The notes under the pieces were generated by a model that was not told where the DNA came from, did no database searches, and worked only from the letters and a program-made list of their open reading frames with translations. Of a DNA stretch of 64,000 nt, positions 18,722-28,384 are shown in pieces. The DNA comes from Streptosporangiaceae bacterium (GTDB lineage: Bacteria; Actinomycetota; Actinomycetes; Streptosporangiales; Streptosporangiaceae), in assembly GCA_050011155.1 (NCBI GenBank), contig JBEKJP010000007.1:31553-95552 (forward strand), read 5' to 3'. The first letter of the stretch is position 1. Each line of letters opens with the position of its first letter. The translations under genes and the position numbers were made by a program.

Positions 18722-19246
18722 TCAGGCGGGGCAGTTCCATTCCTTCGGGCTGCTGACCGGGCTGCTATCCGGGCCGGAGCCGGCCGCATCCGGCGGCGGG
18801 AAGTGCTCTCGGAGCGTGAATGCGTGAGCCGTGGGCCCGTACACCCGCAGGTGGATCACCCGCTCCTCGGCCTCGCCCGGGGCGGGCGTGTGACCGCGCG
18901 GTATCCACCACAACGCGGTGTGGGCCACGGCCATCCGCTCGAACCAGGAGCGACGCTGCCTCATGACCTCGCGGTGCGCGTCGGAGTAGACGTATGCCGC
19001 GAGCGTCTCGACCGACTCCCAGACCGACATGTTGACCAGGACGCCGGCGCTTCCGGCCGCGTCCCACTCGAAGGCGCGGATCGCGGTCGCGTTGCCGTCC
19101 TCGGTCTGCAGCCGCCAGACGAAGCCGGGGGCGGCGTCCGCTAGTGCGTTCACCGGGTCCAGGGCCGCGACGAAACCGGCGAGCAGCGGGCTGTCCAGCG
19201 GCTCGCGCATCCGGGCTATGTTCACCTGAGCCAGTAGGTAGTCCAC
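18722..19246 (-). CDS. DUF3291 domain protein
   Basis: MDYLLAQVNIARMREPLDSPLLAGFVAALDPVNALADAAPGFVWRLQ is typical of the DUF3291 family. Confidence 0.8.
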   Translation of the reverse strand: MDYLLAQVNIARMREPLDSPLLAGFVAALDPVNALADAAPGFVWRLQTEDGNATAIRAFEWDAAGSAGVLVNMSVWESVETLAAYVYSDAHREVMRQRRSWFERMAVAHTALWWIPRGHTPAPGEAEERVIHLRVYGPTAHAFTLREHFPPPDAAGSGPDSSPVSSPKEWNCPA

Positions 19247-19402
19247 GCCGTCATCGTGTCACAGACCCGTAATGATTTGGGCCGGGGCGGGCCAGCGTGG
19301 CCCGCATACAGTGACATCACTGGCAATTCCTCTTAATGCTTACGGGACATATTGCGCGGGGCGGGCAGGCGCAGGTCATCGTCGGTCGGGGAAGGGGACT
19401 CG

Positions 19403-22400
19403 TTGGCTCGCGAGCCGCTCAGGGATGGTGATCCCGCGCGGATCGGGCGGTACCGCCTGCTCGCTCGGCTGGGCGCGGGTGGCATGGGCGTGGTGTACCT
19501 GGGCGTCGCCTGGGACGGCAGCCCCGTCGCGGTCAAGGTGCTGCGCCCGGAACTTGCCGGCGACGCGGAATTCCGGGTCAGGTTCGGTCACGAGGTAGCC
19601 GCGCTGCTGAGGGTCAGGGGCGTGTGCACTGTCCGGGTGATCGAGGCGGCGAGCGCGTCGGCCCTGCCGTTTATGGTGACGGAGTACGCCGAGGGCCCCT
19701 CGCTGTCCGAGTACATCGACGCCTGCGGACCGCTCGAGGCCGGCCTGCTCGCCGGCCTCGCGGCCGGCCTCGCGGAGGCGCTGACCGCCATCCACGCCGC
19801 CGGAGTGGTGCACCGGGACCTCAAGCCATCCAACGTGATCCTGACCAGCGCGGGCCCCAAGGTCATCGACTTCGGGATCGCTCAGACCCTGGGCACGACC
19901 TCCGTCACCAAGACCGGCATGATGGTCGGCTCGGCCGGCTTCATGGCGCCCGAGCAGGTCACCGGGCGGGCCGGGCAGGAAGCCGACATCTTCGCCTGGG
20001 CGGTGACGGTGGCCTACGCCGCCAGCGGCCAGCCGCCATTCGGCGAGGGGGAGCCGGTGGCGATCTTGTACCGGATCCTGCACGGCTCCCCTGACGTGAC
20101 GGCGGTGCCGGCCACGCTCCGGCCGCTCGTCATGTCCGCGCTCTCCAAGGACCCGCGGCAACGGCCGACCGCGGCCGGGCTGCTTGACCTGCTAGCCGGA
20201 CCCGCCATCCGGCACGACCACCCCGCCCCGGCGGTGCAGGCCGCCACCTGGACGGCCGCCAGGCCGCGCGCGTTCCAGGCTCTCGCCAGCCGGCCCAGGG
20301 CCAGCCGGCCCAGGGCCGGCCAGCGGCATGAGGGAGAGTCAGTCCTCTTCGAACCGGGCGCGAAGCCCCCGCCCGCCCGCAGGCAATACACGCCCGAACC
20401 GGGGCGCTGGAGCCGCTGGAGAACCCTGATCGGCGGCACGGTCGCGACGGTGGCCGGGATCGCCGCCCTGGTATCCGGGCTGCTGATGGGTCACGTCATC
20501 AACGCCAGCCAACTGGCCGCCAACCAGCTCGCCCCTGCTGGCCCCACCACGGCCGCCCTGGGGACCTATCCCGGCCAGCGGCAACGCGGTGTCTTCCAGG
20601 CCGTCAACCGCGTCCTCGGCTACGGCGACACGATCGTCGCCCTGGGCTCGCAGGCCAGCGACGGCGTGGTCCGCCCGGAGTTCTCCGTCTCCTCCGACGG
20701 CGGCCGTACCTGGCGCGCCGCTCCGGTGCACGCGGCGCAGGGGCAGGTCCCGTCCGGGCACGCCGCGACGCTGCTGGCCGGGGGCCCGGGCGGATGGCTG
20801 GCCATTGGCCCGGAGGCGATCTGGACCAGCCGCGACGGGATATCGTGGACGCTCGCCTCGGACCATGGCATCACTCCGCAGCGACCGGGCGATGCGGTAT
20901 GGGTGATCACCAAGACCGCGGCCGGCTTCCTCGCCGCGGGCACGGGCCGCGCCCCTGGCGGCGGCCCGCAGGGAGTGATCTGGACCTCGCGCGACGGTCT
21001 GACCTGGCAGCGGATGACAGCCGCGGGCCTCGGGCTCGCCGCGGCCGGCGAGATTGTGCCCAGCATCTCGTACGCCGCCAGCCACGATGACTCGACGCTG
21101 ATCGCGGGCACGGTCACGGCGGGCGGTGCGACCTACTCCGGCGCGTGGCTGAGCACGGACGGGGGGGCGGCTTGGACCAGGGTGAGCATCCCGGTCAGCA
21201 ACGGGGCCGGGAACACGATCAGCGGGCTGGCGGCCGACGGGTCCGGCCTGATCGCGGTCAGGCCGGGCGGAACATCGGACGGCACCGCATCCGGCGAGGC
21301 TTATTTTTCTCCAACCGGGCTGGCCTGGCAGGACGCCGGGACGATCAATGCCTCCGCGGGATGGCGCCCCGGCGTGGTCAAGGGCACGGACGGCGGCTTC
21401 GTCGTGACCGGGCAGACCGCGTCCGGGCGCATGGTGGCCTACACCAGTACCGGCACCGGGATCGCCTGGCGGCCGACGAGATCGCTCGGGCATTCCCCTG
21501 ATGAGTCGGTGACCAGCGCGACCCTAGCTCCTGACGGCACCGTGGTGGCGGTCGGAGCCACCCGGGCCAGCGCGATCGGTCAGCGCCCGGTGTTCCTCGA
21601 GGCGACCACGACGGGCGGCGTGCGGCCGGTCTCCGTCCCCGGCGGCGTCGTGGCGGAACGCTGGGTGAACGCCACCGTGGCCTCCCCGGATGGGGTCATG
21701 GTCGCCGTGGGCAGCGCCGACGGCTACCCCGCGGCCTGGCAGGGCACGCCGGGCGGAGGCTGGCGCCTGGTCACGTCAGAGTCGCTGGCCTCCGCCTACC
21801 AAGGGCTGACCTCGCTGATCAGCGTGACCCACGGAGCATCCGGCTGGCTCGCGGTAGGCGCGCCCGGACCGGTGGTCCTGGCCTCGCAGGACGGGACCAC
21901 CTGGCGCCGCGCGGCCGGAGGCATTGCGGAGGATCTCGGCGCCGTGTCGGCCATCACGACGACCGCGGGCCCGGCTGGATACTCCATCGCGGGACGGCCC
22001 GCCGGACCGGAAAGCGCTAGCACGGCCGATGTCTGGTGGTCGAGGAACCTGACGTCCTGGACTCGGGCCCAGGACATGAACGTCACCTCCGGCTCGACCC
22101 AGGTCCTCGCGGTTGCCCCCGAACCGCACGGTTTCGTGTCGGCGGGCTCGCATGACGAGCGGCCCGCCGTGTGGACCACGACAGACGGTCGGCTGTGGAC
22201 GACGATCGTCCTGGCGATGCCAGTGACGGGGGAAGAGGTCTCCTCCGCCGTGCTCAGGCAGGTGGCGGTCAACGGGGATCGCGTGGTGGCCCTCGGCCAG
22301 GCGAACACGGCGAACGGTCCGGTGCCCTTCGCCGAACTATCGGCCGACGGGGGCGCGAGCTGGCGGCAGGTCAGCTTCGGGCCGCCAGGTCCAGGTACGG

Positions 22401-22654
22401 TCGTCACCGCGCTGACCGCCTACCGGGGCGGCTTCGCCGCCGCGGGCACGTACGGCGCGCCTGGCCAGCAGGCCGTCGTTACCTGGACCTCGGCCGGCGG
22501 GACGACCTGGACGTCAGCCCCGGTCGGTCGGCTGGGAGACGGCAGCGGCGTGATCACCTCGCTGGCCTCGTCCGGCCCGGCGGTCACGGCGTTCGGATCG
22601 GTTGCCACCGCGCAGGACCAGCGATTTCTCCTCATACCGCTGCCGGGGCATTAG
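19403..22654 (+). CDS. Transmembrane Ser/Thr protein kinase with a large extracytoplasmic Asp-box (BNR-like) repeat domain (paralog 1)
   Basis: Kinase motifs GAGGMGVVYLG, VAVKVL, HRDLKPSN, DFG and APE. A Pro/Arg linker precedes one TM helix (TLIGGTVATVAGIAALVSGLLMG). The ~700-aa ectodomain has about 11 S-x-D-G-x-x-W motifs (SSDGGRTW, TSRDGISW, TSRDGLTW, STDGGAAW, SQDGTTW, TTDGRLW, SADGGASW...). The start is placed at the TTG at 19403, by analogy with the paralogs, with a GGGGA RBS upstream. Confidence 0.9.
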   Translation: MAREPLRDGDPARIGRYRLLARLGAGGMGVVYLGVAWDGSPVAVKVLRPELAGDAEFRVRFGHEVAALLRVRGVCTVRVIEAASASALPFMVTEYAEGPSLSEYIDACGPLEAGLLAGLAAGLAEALTAIHAAGVVHRDLKPSNVILTSAGPKVIDFGIAQTLGTTSVTKTGMMVGSAGFMAPEQVTGRAGQEADIFAWAVTVAYAASGQPPFGEGEPVAILYRILHGSPDVTAVPATLRPLVMSALSKDPRQRPTAAGLLDLLAGPAIRHDHPAPAVQAATWTAARPRAFQALASRPRASRPRAGQRHEGESVLFEPGAKPPPARRQYTPEPGRWSRWRTLIGGTVATVAGIAALVSGLLMGHVINASQLAANQLAPAGPTTAALGTYPGQRQRGVFQAVNRVLGYGDTIVALGSQASDGVVRPEFSVSSDGGRTWRAAPVHAAQGQVPSGHAATLLAGGPGGWLAIGPEAIWTSRDGISWTLASDHGITPQRPGDAVWVITKTAAGFLAAGTGRAPGGGPQGVIWTSRDGLTWQRMTAAGLGLAAAGEIVPSISYAASHDDSTLIAGTVTAGGATYSGAWLSTDGGAAWTRVSIPVSNGAGNTISGLAADGSGLIAVRPGGTSDGTASGEAYFSPTGLAWQDAGTINASAGWRPGVVKGTDGGFVVTGQTASGRMVAYTSTGTGIAWRPTRSLGHSPDESVTSATLAPDGTVVAVGATRASAIGQRPVFLEATTTGGVRPVSVPGGVVAERWVNATVASPDGVMVAVGSADGYPAAWQGTPGGGWRLVTSESLASAYQGLTSLISVTHGASGWLAVGAPGPVVLASQDGTTWRRAAGGIAEDLGAVSAITTTAGPAGYSIAGRPAGPESASTADVWWSRNLTSWTRAQDMNVTSGSTQVLAVAPEPHGFVSAGSHDERPAVWTTTDGRLWTTIVLAMPVTGEEVSSAVLRQVAVNGDRVVALGQANTANGPVPFAELSADGGASWRQVSFGPPGPGTVVTALTAYRGGFAAAGTYGAPGQQAVVTWTSAGGTTWTSAPVGRLGDGSGVITSLASSGPAVTAFGSVATAQDQRFLLIPLPGH

Positions 22655-22757
22655 CGCCGGATTGAACCTCTTGTCAACCGGTTACGTAAGATTGAGGGTG
22701 AGGACCCAGGCTGCGTCCGGCCTGCGCAGGAGCCACAGTTGACGCCGGAGGAAACAA

Positions 22758-25700
22758 TTGGCGCGCGCGCCTCTACGGGCTGGCGATCCGGTACGGATCG
22801 GCCATTACCGGTTGTCGTCGAGGCTCGGCGCCGGCGGCATGGGCGTGGTGTACCTGGGCGTCACGTGGGACGGCCATCCCGTCGCGGTCAAGGTGCTCCG
22901 CCCCGAGCTGGCCGACGACCAGGAGTTCCGGCACCGGTTCCGCCGCGAGGTGTCGTCACTGACCCGGGTCAGGGGCGTCTGCACGGTCCGGGTGATCGAG
23001 GCCGACACCGAATCACCGCGGCCGTTCATGGTCACCGAGTACGCCGAGGGCCCGTCGCTGGCCGAGTACATCGACGGCCACGGACGGCTCGGCCCGGACA
23101 TGCTCTACGGCCTGGCCACCGGGCTAGCCGAGGCGCTGACCGTGATCCACGCGGCCGGCATCGTGCACCGGGACCTCAAGCCCTCCAACGTCATCCTGGC
23201 CGACACCGGCCCGAAGGTCATCGACTTCGGCATCGCCCAGGCGCTGGACGCGGTGTCGATGACCGGGACGGGCATGATGGTCGGCTCGGCTGGCTTCATG
23301 GCGCCGGAGCAGATCAGCGGGCGTCCCGGCCAGCCGGCCGATATCTTCGTCTGGGGCGTGACGGTGTCGTACGCCGCGACCGGGCAGTCACCGTTCGGGA
23401 CCGGAGAAACCAACGCCGTTCTTTATCGTGTTCTGCACGCGGACCCGGACATCGGCGCGGTGCCCGATCCGCTCCGGCCCCTGGTCGCGGCCGCCCTGGC
23501 CAAGTCGCCGGACCACCGGCCCACCGCCCGGCAGCTTCTCGACCAGCTGACCAGCTCCACGCGCCAGGCCCAGGCCCAGAACTCGCCCACCCAGACCATC
23601 TTGTCGCAGACCTGGTCGCAGCCCAAGCCGTCGCCGGGCCTGCTCCAAGGCGCCGCTGGGAGCCGAGGGGTCCAGGTCGCCGCCGAGTCCCGGCGGCCGG
23701 AAGGATCCTTGCTGCTCGACCCCGCGCCGCGGTCCGCCGGACCGGCGGGCGGAGGGCTCCCGCCGACCAGGAAGCGCAGGATCAACCGGCGCATCTCGGC
23801 TTTGGGCGCGGTGGTCCTGGGCGCCGCCGCGATCACCGCCGCCGTCATCATCGCCGTGCTGCACGGTCACACGACCACGGTGGGTCCCTCCGCGAACGTC
23901 ACAAACGCCCTGCCGACCTATCCCGGCCAGCTAACACGAGGTGTCTTCCAGAAGATCCCGCGCATCGCCGCCTACGGGAACACGATGGTGACGACGGGCT
24001 GGCAGGAGACCGACGGCGCCGTCCGCCAGCAGTTCTTCGTCTCCGCCGACGCCGGCCGCACCTGGCAGCTGGCCCCGGTCACGCTGCCCGGCGGTGGCCA
24101 GCCGCCGTTGGGCTACCAGGCGGAACGGATCGCCGGCGGCCCGCGCGGCTGGATGGCGGAGGGCGACAACGCCATCTGGACCAGCCCGAACGGGCAGACC
24201 TGGACGCTGGCGAGCACGCGCGGGATCACCCCGCAGCAGCCGGGTGACTCGATCGACGTGGTCAGCGGCACCCCCGGCGGGTTCCTGGCGGCCGGCTACG
24301 CCCAGGCCGGGGCCGGGCGGCAGGCGGTGATCTGGATCTCGCGCGGCGGCGTGACCTGGCAGCGGCTGACCGCCGCGCAGCTTGGGCTGCAGGAGGCCGG
24401 GGGCACCCCGGAGAACATCGACTTCGCCACCTCGCACGGGACCGCCACGGTGATCGCCGACCGCAACGGCGGCGTGTGGCTGAGCACCGACAGCGGCGCG
24501 CACTGGACTCTGGAGACCGTCCCGGTCGACCATGGCGCCCAGAACTTCGTCAGCGGCGTGTCATTCGACCAATCCGGGCTGGTCCTGGTCCGGCCGGGCA
24601 CGGCCGCGAACGGCACGAACGACGCGGTCGCCTACTTCTCCGCGGATGGCCGGACCTGGCAGTACGCCGGCACGATCGACGCGGCGGGCGGCTGGAACCC
24701 GGACTCGGTCAAGGGGAGTGACGCCGGCTTCGTGGTGACCGGCCATACCAAGAACCAGTACGTGGCCTACACGAGCACAGGTACCGGCTCACGGTGGCTG
24801 CCGACGGGGCCGCTCGGCGACACGTCGAGCGGGCCGGACTTCACTCCCGCGACCGGACCGAACGGCAGCGTCATCGTGGCCGGGAACACCAACTCCACCC
24901 AGACCGGCCGGGAAGGGCTGCTTATCCAGGCGGACACCGCGGGAAAGATCAAGCCCATCTGGCTGAGCGCCATCCCGGGCGGCCTCCTTCCTGAGCAGAC
25001 GGTGCAGAGCACCGCCGTATCCGGCAGCGTGCAGCTCGCCGCGGGCAGCGCGAACGGCTACCCGGCGGTGTGGCGGCGGGTGTCCGGCGGCCCTTGGGCC
25101 CTGGTCACCACCCTGGGCCAGGTATCCACGGACCAGGATCTGGGCGGGCTGAGCACCATAACCCACGGACCGAACGGGTGGCTGGCCGCTGGTCCCGGCG
25201 GCTTCACCCTCACCTCGGCCGACGGAATTACCTGGCAGCCCTCCGCGACCATCACGCACGACCTGGCCGGCGTGACCGCCGTGCAGGCCGCCAGCGGTCT
25301 GCACGGCTACGTGATCGCCGCCACGGCGTCCGGCGCGGGTGGCGTGCATACGCGCGACGTCTGGTGGTCGCCGGACCTGGACCACTGGACCAGGGCGCAG
25401 GACGTGAACGAGACCAGCGGCTCGAACCAGGTACTGGCCGTCGCCGCGGGCTCGTCGGGCTTCGTGTCCGGAGGCTCGCACGACGACCAGCCCGCCGTGT
25501 GGAGCACCCCCGACGGCCGGACCTGGACGGCCGTCACCGTGCCGCTGCCGTCCGGGGCATTCGGCGGGGTCATCCAGCAGGTGGCGGTCAGCGGCAAGCA
25601 CGCCGTCGCGCTGGGGCAGCAGCGCACCGCGCACGGCATCCAGCCGCTGGCCGAACGATCCGACGACGGCGGGCGGACCTGGCAGCCGGTGTCGTTCAGC

Positions 25701-25979
25701 GCGCCGGGGCCCGGCGTCAGCTTCACCGCGCTGACGGCCGGCCCGGGCGGCTTCACCGCCGCGGCGCGGTTCGGCTCGGCCGCGGGAACCGCCGACGCCG
25801 CCGTATGGTTGTCGCCGGACGGGACGAAGTGGAGCCGGTCGCAGGTCAGCGGCCTGGCCGGCGGCGGCAGCCATGGCATCGCCGCCCTGGCCGCGTCCGG
25901 CTCCGCGGTGACCGGCATCGACTCGGTCCAGTCCCAGGCGAGCCAGCAGTTCGTCGTCTTGAACCTTCCGGCTGGGTGA
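22758..25979 (+). CDS. Transmembrane Ser/Thr protein kinase with a large extracytoplasmic Asp-box (BNR-like) repeat domain (paralog 2)
   Basis: Same architecture as 19403-22654 and collinear with it along the full length. TTG start with GGAGGA upstream. TM helix ISALGAVVLGAAAITAAVIIAVL. Asp-box motifs include SADAGRTW, TSPNGQTW, SRGGVTW, STDSGAHW, SADGRTW, SADGITW, TPDGRTW, SDDGGRTW and SPDGTKW. Confidence 0.9.
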   Translation: MARAPLRAGDPVRIGHYRLSSRLGAGGMGVVYLGVTWDGHPVAVKVLRPELADDQEFRHRFRREVSSLTRVRGVCTVRVIEADTESPRPFMVTEYAEGPSLAEYIDGHGRLGPDMLYGLATGLAEALTVIHAAGIVHRDLKPSNVILADTGPKVIDFGIAQALDAVSMTGTGMMVGSAGFMAPEQISGRPGQPADIFVWGVTVSYAATGQSPFGTGETNAVLYRVLHADPDIGAVPDPLRPLVAAALAKSPDHRPTARQLLDQLTSSTRQAQAQNSPTQTILSQTWSQPKPSPGLLQGAAGSRGVQVAAESRRPEGSLLLDPAPRSAGPAGGGLPPTRKRRINRRISALGAVVLGAAAITAAVIIAVLHGHTTTVGPSANVTNALPTYPGQLTRGVFQKIPRIAAYGNTMVTTGWQETDGAVRQQFFVSADAGRTWQLAPVTLPGGGQPPLGYQAERIAGGPRGWMAEGDNAIWTSPNGQTWTLASTRGITPQQPGDSIDVVSGTPGGFLAAGYAQAGAGRQAVIWISRGGVTWQRLTAAQLGLQEAGGTPENIDFATSHGTATVIADRNGGVWLSTDSGAHWTLETVPVDHGAQNFVSGVSFDQSGLVLVRPGTAANGTNDAVAYFSADGRTWQYAGTIDAAGGWNPDSVKGSDAGFVVTGHTKNQYVAYTSTGTGSRWLPTGPLGDTSSGPDFTPATGPNGSVIVAGNTNSTQTGREGLLIQADTAGKIKPIWLSAIPGGLLPEQTVQSTAVSGSVQLAAGSANGYPAVWRRVSGGPWALVTTLGQVSTDQDLGGLSTITHGPNGWLAAGPGGFTLTSADGITWQPSATITHDLAGVTAVQAASGLHGYVIAATASGAGGVHTRDVWWSPDLDHWTRAQDVNETSGSNQVLAVAAGSSGFVSGGSHDDQPAVWSTPDGRTWTAVTVPLPSGAFGGVIQQVAVSGKHAVALGQQRTAHGIQPLAERSDDGGRTWQPVSFSAPGPGVSFTALTAGPGGFTAAARFGSAAGTADAAVWLSPDGTKWSRSQVSGLAGGGSHGIAALAASGSAVTGIDSVQSQASQQFVVLNLPAG

Positions 25980-26082
25980 CGGCGGCCGGACGTGCCGCTG
26001 GCCGATACCGTAGGAAACAGCAAGGACTTTCCCGTGCCGGCCTGCCCCGGTGCCGCCACGATCCTTCGGGAGGAGAAGCTCG

Positions 26083-27357
26083 TTGGCTCGTACGCCCCTT
26101 CGGCCCGACGATCCGACCAGGATCGGGCATTACCGGCTGACGGCCAGGCTGGGCGCGGGCGGCATGGGCGTGGTGTATCTCGGCGTGTCCTGGGACGGCA
26201 CCCCCGTCGCGGTGAAGGTGCTGCGCCCGGACCTGACCGACGACGAGGAGTTCCGCCGCCGGTTCGGCCGCGAGGTGTCCGCGCTGGTGCAGGTCAAGGG
26301 CGAGTGCACGGTGCGGGTGATCGAGGCCGACTCGCAATCGGCCAACCCGTTCGTGGTCACCGAGTACGCCCCGGGCCCGTCGCTGTCCGAGTACATGGAC
26401 AGGCAGGGCGCGGTCCGCGGGGAGATGCTGTTCGGCCTGGCCACGGGGCTGGCCGAAGCGCTGACCGTGATCCACGCGGCCGGCATCATGCACCGGGACC
26501 TCAAACCGTCCAACATCATCTTGACCGACGCGGGCCCGAAGGTCATCGACTTCGGCATCGCCCGGCGGCAGCAGGACACCTCCGCCGTGACCAAGGCGGG
26601 CATGATGATCGGCTCGATGGGCTTCATGGCGCCCGAGCAGATCACCGGGAACCCCGGCCCGGAGGCGGACGTCTTCGCCTGGGGCGTGACGGTGGCGTAC
26701 GCCGCCACCGGCCGGTCGCCGTTCGGCGCGGGCAACACCCATTCCGTCCTCTACAAGATCATGTACGGTGACGCGGACATCGCCACCGTCCCGGACCCGA
26801 TGCGCCCGCTAGTGGAAGACGCCCTGACCAAGGACCCGCAAAGCCGCCCGACCGCGCGGCAACTGCTGGACCGGCTGACGAGCGCCTCCGAGCGGAGCGA
26901 GCAGACCAGCGAAAACCCCACCCAGCTGATCCTGCGGCGAACCTGGCAGAGCGGCTCCCACCCCAGCCCGTCCCCGTCCGGCCCACAGCCGTCGAGACAT
27001 GCGGCTGAGCCGTCCGCCCGCCGGGCCGGCAGTCCTCCGGTCCGCACTCCAGCCGCCGACTCCGCCGCCATCCCGGCCGAGGCCCAGTGGATTCTCGCCC
27101 GGCAGCAGCCCGGCCCCTCGTCCCCGGTATCCCCGGTATCCCCGGAGGCGCCCAGCCCCGCGCCGGTGCCCGTATTCGTCCCGGCTACGGAGCCCCCCGC
27201 GGAGCCGCCGACCGCCGACGGGCCGACGCCGGCTATCTCGGCTCTCGCGCCCCGTCCGTCCGTGTCCCAGCTCGCCTCGTCGGGGGCCAAGCCTACGGAA
27301 GCTCCCGCCAAGGAGCCGGTCAGCCGCCGCATGACCCGATGGCTACGCCGGCGTTAG
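26083..27357 (+). CDS. Ser/Thr protein kinase paralog 3: kinase domain plus Pro-rich tail, with no TM helix or ectodomain
   Basis: All catalytic motifs are intact (GAGGMGVVYLG, VAVKVL, HRDLKPSN, DFG, APE). The protein ends ...VSRRMTRWLRRR, at the position where the paralogs enter the membrane. The likely TTG start at 26083 (LARTPL) has GGAGGAG upstream. Confidence 0.85.
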   Translation: MARTPLRPDDPTRIGHYRLTARLGAGGMGVVYLGVSWDGTPVAVKVLRPDLTDDEEFRRRFGREVSALVQVKGECTVRVIEADSQSANPFVVTEYAPGPSLSEYMDRQGAVRGEMLFGLATGLAEALTVIHAAGIMHRDLKPSNIILTDAGPKVIDFGIARRQQDTSAVTKAGMMIGSMGFMAPEQITGNPGPEADVFAWGVTVAYAATGRSPFGAGNTHSVLYKIMYGDADIATVPDPMRPLVEDALTKDPQSRPTARQLLDRLTSASERSEQTSENPTQLILRRTWQSGSHPSPSPSGPQPSRHAAEPSARRAGSPPVRTPAADSAAIPAEAQWILARQQPGPSSPVSPVSPEAPSPAPVPVFVPATEPPAEPPTADGPTPAISALAPRPSVSQLASSGAKPTEAPAKEPVSRRMTRWLRRR

Positions 27358-27377
27358 CCCGGCCCGACCGCCGCTCT

Positions 27378-27887
27378 TTATACCCGCCGGGTTATCCCGG
27401 TTACCTCCCACGCCCGGCCGAGGGCGCTGCCGTACAAAGCCACAATGACCAGGACCAAGGCACGTTGCAGCACAGTACTGTGGGTATCCGCTAGGAGCGC
27501 TATGGCGACGCCGAGTTGCACTGAGTAGCCCCCGACCGAAATCGACGCGAAGGCGATATTCAGCTTCCTGGTTCGGAAATTGCGGGAGAAATTCCCGGCC
27601 CGCTTTGCCCTCGGTATCAGCTTTCTGGTGGCCAGCAGGCCGACGGCTGCCATGGCGAGGCTTGATAGCCCGAACGTGAATGGGCCCCCGGTCAAGGCCA
27701 TGATCGAGACGATGAAGATGTCCACCAGGGCAACAAACGCGCTCCCGGCCAGGACAGTTCGATTCTCCCGGGTTTTGGGGTCCGAGTCATCCGCGTTGAC
27801 GACCGATACGGCGACGACCAGCAACCCCAAGATGGCAGCGGACGCGCCCGCGCTTGCGATGAAGAAGTTGTCATAGTGGCTCACCAC
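27378..27887 (-). CDS. Small integral membrane protein of unknown function (about 4-5 TM helices), with lower GC than its surroundings
   Basis: 169 aa and hydrophobic (MVSHYDNFFIASAGASAAILGLLVVAVSVV...). It contains many A/T-ending codons that are atypical of neighbouring genes. Confidence 0.6.
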   Translation of the reverse strand: MVSHYDNFFIASAGASAAILGLLVVAVSVVNADDSDPKTRENRTVLAGSAFVALVDIFIVSIMALTGGPFTFGLSSLAMAAVGLLATRKLIPRAKRAGNFSRNFRTRKLNIAFASISVGGYSVQLGVAIALLADTHSTVLQRALVLVIVALYGSALGRAWEVTGITRRV

Positions 27888-27931
27888 GACGCCACCCTAT
27901 CGGGCATCGGTGACCATTTTCTCGAGGCTAG

Positions 27932-28384
27932 TCAGCCCGCCCGGCTGTCCTGACCGGACGACCAGGGAAACGGCAGGAGGTCCGGCTCGACCCAGCTGTG
28001 CCTGGCCGTCGGCGCGGCCAGCGTGGCCGACTGGTAGTGCCTGCTCAGCAGGCGCTTGTCGAGAAGCAGAGGATGCCGCGCGGCGAACGTCCCGAAGTCA
28101 TCGCCGTCCGGACCGGCCTCGACGTGGTGAGCGACGATCTCCACCCAGGCCCGCGAGACCGTGTAGTGGTACTTCTGCGGCGCCCGCGCGTACGCGGCGA
28201 TCTGCTGGATCCAGGCGCAGATCCTGGTGATCGCCTCGGGCATGCCGTACCGCCGCACGGCCACGAAGGCCAGGTTGATGTGCTGCCGGTGCCGGAACTC
28301 CCCGTCCGGCCCGGTGACCTCCGCCAGGAGGGCGGCCAGTTCAGCGTCGGCCGGGTCCCGGTGACCGTGGTGCGGCATCAGCAC
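27932..28384 (-). CDS. Hypothetical protein (150 aa), co-oriented and overlapping with the MarR gene
   Basis: Good coding bias and a 7-nt overlap with the end of the upstream MarR gene. No family was recognised. Confidence 0.55.
   Translation of the reverse strand: MLMPHHGHRDPADAELAALLAEVTGPDGEFRHRQHINLAFVAVRRYGMPEAITRICAWIQQIAAYARAPQKYHYTVSRAWVEIVAHHVEAGPDGDDFGTFAARHPLLLDKRLLSRHYQSATLAAPTARHSWVEPDLLPFPWSSGQDSRAG

Noticed and set aside
22739-24247. ORF 22739-24247 (+), 502 aa, overlapping kinase paralog 2 in another frame
   Set aside because: It is a frame-shifted reading of the kinase gene. The 22758 frame carries all kinase motifs.
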